The position numbers and the translations under genes were made by a program. This document shows positions 47,119-53,389 of a DNA stretch of 53,389 nucleotides, in pieces. Position 1 is the first letter of the stretch. The number at the start of each line of letters is the position of its first letter. Under the pieces are notes generated by a model. It worked only from the letters and a program-made list of their open reading frames with translations, had not been told where the DNA came from and did no database searches. Source of the stretch: Nitrospiraceae bacterium (GTDB lineage Bacteria > Nitrospirota > Nitrospiria > Nitrospirales > Nitrospiraceae); NCBI GenBank assembly GCA_036000525.1, contig DASYVB010000125.1:1-53389 (forward strand), given 5' to 3'.

Positions 47119-47688
47119 ATGGCCCCCTACACCCTCTACAGTGATTTCAACTGTCCGTTCTGTTATGCGATGCACGAACGGCTGCACGAAATGAACTTGC
47201 TCGCTCGCTGTGAATGGCGAGGTGTGCAGCATGCCTCGCATCTGCCTCGTCCAATGAAACCTTGGCAGGGTTCGTTGGGCGCTGAACTGCGCCACGAAGT
47301 GACGGTCGTGCAGCGGCTGGCGCCAGGACTGCCCATTGCACTCCCTCCTGGTAAGCCCAATACGAGGCCGGCGATCGAACAGGCGGTGGTACTTTTACGT
47401 CGTGATCCATCGCATATGATGACATTTGTGCGTGAGACATATCGGGCCTTCTGGTGTGAAGGCAGGGACATCTCTGATCCGGGGGTGCTCAGGCAACTGG
47501 TCGAGCAGGTAGGAGGTTCACCAGAGAGTATGGGTCCGATCAATGGCGAGGGTCGCCAGATGGCTCAAGAATGGGAAGCGGCCTGGCACGTAACAGGCCA
47601 GGCCGGGGTTCCACTCATTGTCTCGCCGGAAGATGCTCTCCTCGTCGGCTGCGCACCTCCCGAAGATATCAGGCGGTTTTTCGCCTAA
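47119..47688 (+). CDS. DsbA-like thioredoxin-fold oxidoreductase
   Basis: A CPFC active-site motif lies close to the N-terminus (YTLYSDFNCPFCYAMHERL), and the 189-aa length fits the DsbA/FrnE family. Confidence 0.65.
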   Translation: MAPYTLYSDFNCPFCYAMHERLHEMNLLARCEWRGVQHASHLPRPMKPWQGSLGAELRHEVTVVQRLAPGLPIALPPGKPNTRPAIEQAVVLLRRDPSHMMTFVRETYRAFWCEGRDISDPGVLRQLVEQVGGSPESMGPINGEGRQMAQEWEAAWHVTGQAGVPLIVSPEDALLVGCAPPEDIRRFFA

Positions 47689-47693
47689 CAGGA

Positions 47694-49805
47694 TTAGGCT
47701 ATATCCAGATTCATCACGTAGTTCTGCAACTCCCGCCGATGTTCTTCTTCCGTGTTCTTGAGGCTCTCGATCTCCTTACGCAGTTTCTCCAGTTCGGTCT
47801 CCTGCTGGTCCAACTTCTTGACATAGCGATTATAGAGATCGGAGTTCTGCTGGAGCCGCTGCATATTCTCCCTGATGCGAGCATGCTCCGCCGTGATCTC
47901 GGCGGTACGTTGGTCTAGGCGCGTCCTTTGGGCGCGCGTGTCGTCCAGCTTACTGCGTAATTGCACCACGCGTTGCAGCGCCTCTTTCACTTTTGAGCTG
48001 ACTTCCTTTGCTTGCTGGTAATGGACGATCTGGTCAACGCCGCTGTCCATCAAGAGGATCGATTCCTGAATGGGCAGCGTTTCTTTGACGCGGAGCGTCG
48101 CGTTTTTCCCTGGATCGACTGCGACGCTAAAGCGGTACAGGTCGCGCGTCCGTTCTGTCGGCTCCTTCGGTTCGGCAAGTTTCCAGTCTGCGCGATAGGG
48201 CTGTTCGATCAGTACGGTCTTGGCCTTGGCGTCGCGGTTTTTCACGAGATAGGTCCGGTCTTCGACCAACCGGCGTGAGATGAGCATCGTACCCTTTTTC
48301 AGCGAGACTGTCGCAAGTTCTTGCGTGCCGCCTTCGAGTTTGGGTTCCACTTCAGTCTTAAGATCGAGGGCATAGCTGATCAGCCGGTCTTGTCCCGGAG
48401 GAAGATCCTCGATGCGTGCATCGCCTGCATAGGTACCGCTATCGAATAGCGTGATCGGCCCTTGCATGAGGTGCAGTGACGACGTGTTCTTGAGCCGATA
48501 CCCGTTCAAGGGATGTTTCGCGTTGACGCTCTGATTGTAGAGCGATACTTTCTGCCCCTGGAGCGATTGGCCGATGATGGGCAGCAGCGCGCTCTGGTGC
48601 TTGGCGAGGGTGACAGGCTGATCGATACGATATTCGAATAGCTCGCCTTTGTCTTCGGCCAGTGCCATGGGAACCACGCCTTCTTCCAAGCTGCCCATCT
48701 CCATTTCGGCGGCGACGGCGGATGCTGCCGGGGCATTGGCCCGACCAGCGGCAAAACCTTGGGCCATCTTGCCGAGCAAACGCTCTTTTTTCATGTCGCT
48801 ACGGGCCGGAGGGGCAGAAGCCATCGACTTGAGTTCATCCATGGCATCGCCATACGTCTGGGGTTTGAGGTTGGCGTAGAGTTCAGGTTGTACGAGTGGA
48901 CGTGGGTTGTAGAGTGGTTGATACAAATCCATCGTGAAGGAAATGGGCCGTCCCGAGACAAGCGAGAGTTTCACGTTGCGCCAGTCCTGTGGGGTTTGAT
49001 TCTCCACAATGGCCCAGCCTTGCAGATAGGGCGCCTTGTCCTCGTCCAAGACGATTCGATAGGTGGTTTTCCAGACCGGGGTCTCCGTCAGGTAGGCGAC
49101 ACGGGCTTGGCGGCTGCCGGTGCCGTCGAAGGTAATCGAGACCGTCTTCTTCTGGGCATCGTGATTTGCTGCGAGTGCGGCCAGCGCCTGCTGCAGTTCA
49201 GCATTCAACGCGGGATTGATGAGTTTGATGCGCTGCAAGTTCGCCAGCGAGAGTGAGCGGAACCCGTCTTCTGTCAGGAGCGTGACATATTCCTGTTCCA
49301 CGACACGGTGTTGCGAGCCCTCGCCGATGGACTCCGTTTTCTTCTCCACGCCCAACAACGTGCCGACGATGGGATTGGGTGCGGTGATTTCGACTGGCTC
49401 TCCCCGGACTTGGGTCAGTATTTGTCCCAGGGTCGGGTTGCCGTTCAGGTTGATACCGTAGCTGCCGAGCGTTTTCGTCACGGGATCGCGCGAACCGTAG
49501 GTGACAGTCGAGACTCTGCCGCCACCGAAATCTTGCACGACCAAGCTTTTCAGCATGTCGTTGATCTGGTTCGCATGGAGGCGGAGGTCGAGTTGCGTTC
49601 GGTCGTTCACCGTGCCGTCCTGTTGAAAATATCCCACGCCGCTGGAATAGAGCACGATCTTGGAGAGGGGGAGCGTGGCCCCGTCCTCAGCCATAACGGG
49701 CCAAGGGAGCAGCAGGAATGATACGAGGATCAAACGCCTCACGAGGGCGTGACCAGTGCGAATCGACAGTGCGCGCATAGAGGCCTCCATCGCACAGTGT
49801 TGCAC
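47694..49805 (-). CDS. DUF4139/DUF4140 (TIGR02231-type) exported protein with a C-terminal coiled coil
   Basis: It has a signal peptide and a DUF4140-like N-terminus (IVLYSSGVGYFQQDG...LKSLVVQD), is 703 aa long, and has a C-terminal heptad region. The likely true start is the internal MRALSIR (about 49778). Confidence 0.6.
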   Translation of the reverse strand: MQHCAMEASMRALSIRTGHALVRRLILVSFLLLPWPVMAEDGATLPLSKIVLYSSGVGYFQQDGTVNDRTQLDLRLHANQINDMLKSLVVQDFGGGRVSTVTYGSRDPVTKTLGSYGINLNGNPTLGQILTQVRGEPVEITAPNPIVGTLLGVEKKTESIGEGSQHRVVEQEYVTLLTEDGFRSLSLANLQRIKLINPALNAELQQALAALAANHDAQKKTVSITFDGTGSRQARVAYLTETPVWKTTYRIVLDEDKAPYLQGWAIVENQTPQDWRNVKLSLVSGRPISFTMDLYQPLYNPRPLVQPELYANLKPQTYGDAMDELKSMASAPPARSDMKKERLLGKMAQGFAAGRANAPAASAVAAEMEMGSLEEGVVPMALAEDKGELFEYRIDQPVTLAKHQSALLPIIGQSLQGQKVSLYNQSVNAKHPLNGYRLKNTSSLHLMQGPITLFDSGTYAGDARIEDLPPGQDRLISYALDLKTEVEPKLEGGTQELATVSLKKGTMLISRRLVEDRTYLVKNRDAKAKTVLIEQPYRADWKLAEPKEPTERTRDLYRFSVAVDPGKNATLRVKETLPIQESILLMDSGVDQIVHYQQAKEVSSKVKEALQRVVQLRSKLDDTRAQRTRLDQRTAEITAEHARIRENMQRLQQNSDLYNRYVKKLDQQETELEKLRKEIESLKNTEEEHRRELQNYVMNLDIA

Positions 49806-49871
49806 CAGGCCGGGATGGCCATGGTGATATGACCTATCCTTGTCATGTCGTCAGCGGGCGGATCCTTTCAG

Positions 49872-50050
49872 CCTAGCCCGCATTATTCATGAGCGCTTCT
49901 GCTGCAATCCCCGATGTTCTGGCGAGAGGCGCGGGCCAGAGGCAACGGGGCGACCAGAAGGAATGTCTTGCCTCTCGCCTCGTGCCCCTGGCCACGCGGC
50001 TGACTTCTAAGTGATTTTGCGACGAATCGGCATGAATAGTGCTTGCTAGG
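49872..50050 (+). repeat. roughly 180-bp MITE-like element (family F)
   Basis: The left terminus is CCTAGCCCGCATTATTCATGAGCGCTTCTGCTGCAATCC. The degenerate inverted right terminus is GATTTTGCGACGAATCGGCATGAATAGTGCTTGCTAGG. Confidence 0.7.
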
Positions 50051-50396
50051 ACCGATGGTGCCGTGCTTTCCAGCCATTCGTGCGTACACTTTCAAGTATT
50101 GGCAGAAAGAGCCGGCTAGGAGCCTGTCCCTCATTGCCTGTGCGACAAGGCGAAGGAGATGCGGCCATATGCGGGGCTTCGATCAGGAAAAACCCCAGGT
50201 GTATTCGTGGGCATACAGTGAGGAGCTTTTTGGACCGAGTGCGGCACAATTGGCTGCAGATCTCGCGCTGCAGCGAATAATCAATATCCTATAGGCTCCT
50301 AGCCCGGCATAGGTGAGATTGCAAGCCCTGGCCTCATCTTGGTGCCCTGTAACGGTATGAGAAAAGCAGCGGTATGAGCAAAGGGAGGAACCGGTA

Positions 50397-51857
50397 ATGA
50401 CGACCTGGAATTCATGGTTGTTTTGGCCCAATAACGTGGCCTTTTCAATATTGGCGGTGGCCGTATTGGCGATGCTGTTTCTGTATGCAGCGCGCAAGCC
50501 AATGCATGGAGTCTTCCACTCGGTATGTGAGCTGCTGTCCCAGTCTACGAGATTCATTGCACGCTGGCTGTTCCTCTGTGCGGATAACTTGCGGGTGCGT
50601 AATCAGTCGGTGCTGTTGGCGCATGGACAGGAAAGTGAAGCTACCGTGATCGACCGGGAATTCGAGCGAGTGAGCAATATGATTCGTAAGGATATGCAGG
50701 AGTTTCCTGCCTTGCAGCGAAAAATGATGGAAGAAGCGACCCGCATAGAAGATGATTACCACAAATGTGGAGAGGTCCCGCCGCCCCCTCCAGAGTGGGT
50801 AGGCGCGCTTAAATCTGTCGCACAGATAAAATCGGGAGGCGATATTCCGCGCAAGCTTCTGGAGGACATCAACAAATCCATCCAGAAGATACATGACCAG
50901 ACTGTCGCGGAGTTCCGCCGCTCCTATGAAGAGCGGCACAAGATTTTGAAAGCGATGCAGCCATCCTGGCGCTCTGTGGAAAAACTGACAGGTGAAATGG
51001 AAAAGAAGATGCTCACGCTCCAGACCAATGCGAAGCAGATCGATGGCCATATGGAAAAATTAGCGGCCATCAGGGCCAAGGACAACAAGACCGAACATGC
51101 TCTGACTGTATCCGGTTTCGTTCAGTTGGCGATCTCCGCGTTGGTCTTGGTGATTGCCATGGGCGGTGCGTTTATCAACTACAAGCTGATCGCGCTGCCC
51201 ATGTCGGAGATGGTCGGCGCCACCGATTACATCACCAACAGCCTGAAGACATCTGATGTCGCGGCGTTGGTGATCATTCTGATGGAAGCGTCGATGGGTC
51301 TGTTCCTGCTCGAATCGCTGCGCATCACGCAATTGTTTCCCAGGATCGCCAGTATGGATGATCGTATGCGTCACCGGTTGATGTTAGCGGCGCTGATATT
51401 TTTGATCATCCTGGCCGCGATCGAGTCCTCCCTCGCGCTGATGCGCGATATGCTGGTCGTCGACAAGGCGTCGCTGATGCGGGACCTTGCCTCTGCCGCT
51501 CCACCTGTGTCGAATGGTTTGTTGACAAGCATACCGATGATCGGACAAATGATCATGGGCTTCGTGCTTCCGTTCGCATTGGCGTTTGTGGCGATCCCGC
51601 TGGAAAATCTGATTCATTCGCTGCGCACCGTCATCGGCGTGTTTCTGGTGCAGGCTATGCGCGGCCTTGGTTTTGCGCTTAGGTTTGTCGGTATGCTGTT
51701 CAAACGGCTCCCCAAAGTGCTCGAACTGGCCTATGACATACTGATTGTCATTCCGCTGATGATAGAACGCTGGGTGATAGGGATGCGTGCAGGTTCGACG
51801 GGTGATACGGGTAATACAGAAGATAAGGAACTTTCCAAACTCAGGAGAGCGGCATGA
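50397..51857 (+). CDS. multi-pass membrane protein with a cytoplasmic coiled-coil insert, hypothetical
   Basis: This 486-aa protein has one N-terminal TM helix, a charged helical region of about 150 aa, and then at least five TM helices. Its stop overlaps the start of the downstream gene (ATGA). Confidence 0.55.
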   Translation: MTTWNSWLFWPNNVAFSILAVAVLAMLFLYAARKPMHGVFHSVCELLSQSTRFIARWLFLCADNLRVRNQSVLLAHGQESEATVIDREFERVSNMIRKDMQEFPALQRKMMEEATRIEDDYHKCGEVPPPPPEWVGALKSVAQIKSGGDIPRKLLEDINKSIQKIHDQTVAEFRRSYEERHKILKAMQPSWRSVEKLTGEMEKKMLTLQTNAKQIDGHMEKLAAIRAKDNKTEHALTVSGFVQLAISALVLVIAMGGAFINYKLIALPMSEMVGATDYITNSLKTSDVAALVIILMEASMGLFLLESLRITQLFPRIASMDDRMRHRLMLAALIFLIILAAIESSLALMRDMLVVDKASLMRDLASAAPPVSNGLLTSIPMIGQMIMGFVLPFALAFVAIPLENLIHSLRTVIGVFLVQAMRGLGFALRFVGMLFKRLPKVLELAYDILIVIPLMIERWVIGMRAGSTGDTGNTEDKELSKLRRAA

Positions 51858-52516
51858 GTAAATATCTGACCCTTTTGATCCTGTCGTTCGGAATGGTACT
51901 CGTCAGCGCTTGTGGTGACAGCCGCATACACAGCCATGGCGTGTATATGCTGGTGGATACTTCCGGTACCTATGATCAGGAGATGAATAAAGCATCCAAG
52001 ATTATCAATTACCTGCTTGCGACGCTGAACCCGGGAGATTCGCTTGCGGTGGCCAAGGTGGAGACGCGTAGCTTCACTGAAAAAGATATCATCGCCAAGG
52101 TCACGTTTGACAAGCGACCTTCGAGGGCTACCTCGCAAAAGCGCGCATTCAAAACCAACATTGCGGCGTTTGCCAAAGGAGTCAAGGGCAGTGCCTATAC
52201 CGATATCACTGGCGGCCTAATCCAGGGCGCGGAATACCTGAACGAGACCAAGGCCGGCATCAAAACTATTGTGGTTTTCTCGGATATGCAGGAAGAATTG
52301 GGCAAAGGAACGATACGCAATTTTCCGATCAAGCTCGATGGTATCCGCATCGTTGCGTTGAACGTCACCAAGCTGGGCGCTGACAACGCCGATCCCCGTC
52401 GATATCTCGAACGCCTGGCCCGCTGGGAGGCGAGTGTGCGGAAGGCCGGTGCCAGCGAGTGGGTGGTGGTGAATGACTTGGAGAACAATCTGGAATCCAT
52501 TTTGATCACTCGCTGA
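51854..52516 (+). CDS. lipoprotein with a vWA-like (MIDAS) domain
   Basis: It has a lipobox (LVSAC) and a MIDAS-like pattern (LVDTSGT ... TDITGG ... IVVFSDMQEE). Confidence 0.55.
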   Translation: MSKYLTLLILSFGMVLVSACGDSRIHSHGVYMLVDTSGTYDQEMNKASKIINYLLATLNPGDSLAVAKVETRSFTEKDIIAKVTFDKRPSRATSQKRAFKTNIAAFAKGVKGSAYTDITGGLIQGAEYLNETKAGIKTIVVFSDMQEELGKGTIRNFPIKLDGIRIVALNVTKLGADNADPRRYLERLARWEASVRKAGASEWVVVNDLENNLESILITR

Positions 52517-52536
52517 ACCCGCGTGGCATTTCAAAA

Positions 52537-52600
52537 CTAGCCCGCATTATTCTCGAAGACTTCTACAGCAACCGCCGATATGCCGCTGTGACAAGCCAGA
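52537..52600 (+). repeat. family F terminus; partial or diverged element
   Basis: CTAGCCCGCATTATTCTCGAAGACTTCTACAGCAACCGCC has the same orientation as the copy at 49872. I could not define a right end. Confidence 0.5.
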
Positions 52601-52857
52601 CCGAGCGGGCTCTCCGCTCGGTCAGGCAGCCTGCTGTTTCAAGTCTGCATCCCTCGCAACTTCGGCACTAAAGCCTGCGCCTCGTAGAATTCCCATGAAG
52701 TGGACTCATCCTCTTTGGAACTCCAGGCTGGGAGAAATCACGCCTTGCGGCTTCTGCGCGATTGCCTTCCTGAGGGGGGAAGATTTATAGTTCCCGCCCA
52801 TTAGGCGACGTGTGGATAGTCTGTCATGATGCCTTTTACAAAATGCGGAGGCGGTTC

Positions 52858-53389
52858 ATGAGAACGATGCTTGTGCTGGTTACGTTGCTTGAGTTTACTG
52901 CTCATCCGGCGATGGCCGCACCTCCCGTTGATAAGGGGGCCAAGGAACTAGCCACGGGGCAGAAGCAAAATCAGGAGAAGCCTGCGTTGGCCCAACCGGT
53001 AGAGGGGTCGATGGCGGTGGTGCCAGCGGGGGAGTTCACGATGGGGAGTCCGACGGGAGATTCAGACGAACAACCGGCGCACAAGGTCTATGTGGATGCC
53101 TTTTCCATGGATAAGTACGAAGTGACGGTGGGACAGTATGCGGCCTTTCTGCAGGCGAAAGCGATCGATCCACCTTCGGATTGGAAGACGATGAACCAAC
53201 CGGCGCATCAGAAGCGCCCGGTCGCCAATGTGGATTGGGCGGACGCGTCCGCCTACTGCAAATGGGTCAGTAAGCGCTTGCCGACAGAGGCAGAGTGGGA
53301 GAAGGCGGCGCGGGGGACGGATGGCCGCCTCTATCCGTGGGGCAACGATCCTCCGACGCCGCTCCACGCGAACTTTGGTAAATCGGATT
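52858..53389 (+). CDS. formylglycine-generating enzyme (SUMF1/EgtB/PvdO) family protein, exported; 3' end cut by the window
   Basis: This ORF is not in the track because no stop falls inside the window. The ATG at 52858 has a GGAGG RBS. It has a signal peptide (MRTMLVLVTLLEFTAHPAMA) and the motifs GEFTMGSP, DEQPAHKVYVDAF.MDKYEVT and WADASAYCKWVSKRLPTEAEWEKAARG. Confidence 0.8.
   Translation, partial: MRTMLVLVTLLEFTAHPAMAAPPVDKGAKELATGQKQNQEKPALAQPVEGSMAVVPAGEFTMGSPTGDSDEQPAHKVYVDAFSMDKYEVTVGQYAAFLQAKAIDPPSDWKTMNQPAHQKRPVANVDWADASAYCKWVSKRLPTEAEWEKAARGTDGRLYPWGNDPPTPLHANFGKSD

Noticed and set aside
53062-53367. 101-aa minus-strand ORF at the window end
   Set aside because: It is antisense to the open-ended FGE-family gene, which shows clear conserved motifs.

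Overview
This is a 53.4 kb high-GC bacterial chromosomal segment. Gene content and protein sequences look Nitrospirota/Nitrospira-like to me, but I cannot verify that without a search. Most of the window is densely packed core and housekeeping genes: tsaB-rimI, tatC, cyclophilin, two AsmA/DUF748-type giant envelope proteins, an M24 aminopeptidase, archease-rtcB, metH, rph-rdgB, hemW, a Ca2+/H+ exchanger, a 1-Cys peroxiredoxin and an HD-GYP response regulator. Many conserved hypothetical exported proteins are interspersed.

Three things stand out.
1. A roughly 4.5 kb degraded genomic island lies just upstream of tRNA-Pro(TGG). It is visibly AT-richer than its flanks and is bounded by a 47-nt direct repeat of the tRNA 5' half. 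It carries a tyrosine-integrase remnant, and a second tRNA-Pro 3'-end scar sits downstream of the gene.
2. The intergenic space is saturated with at least four families of MITE/REP-like hairpin elements. The terminal inverted repeat (TIR) of one family, TAGCAGGATGCTGA, repeatedly coincides with the stop codons of flanking genes.
3. Several uncharacterised gene pairs or modules are present. These include a coiled-coil multi-pass membrane protein translationally coupled to a vWA-like lipoprotein and bracketed by same-orientation repeats; a DUF4139 protein; a 733-aa B12-radical SAM enzyme divergent from a CPFC DsbA-like protein; and archease-RtcB-PilZ lying between split sdhB-like and hdrB/sdhE-like genes.

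I saw no CRISPR array, rRNA, intact transposase or recognisable defence system. All functional calls come from motif recognition by eye and need database confirmation.
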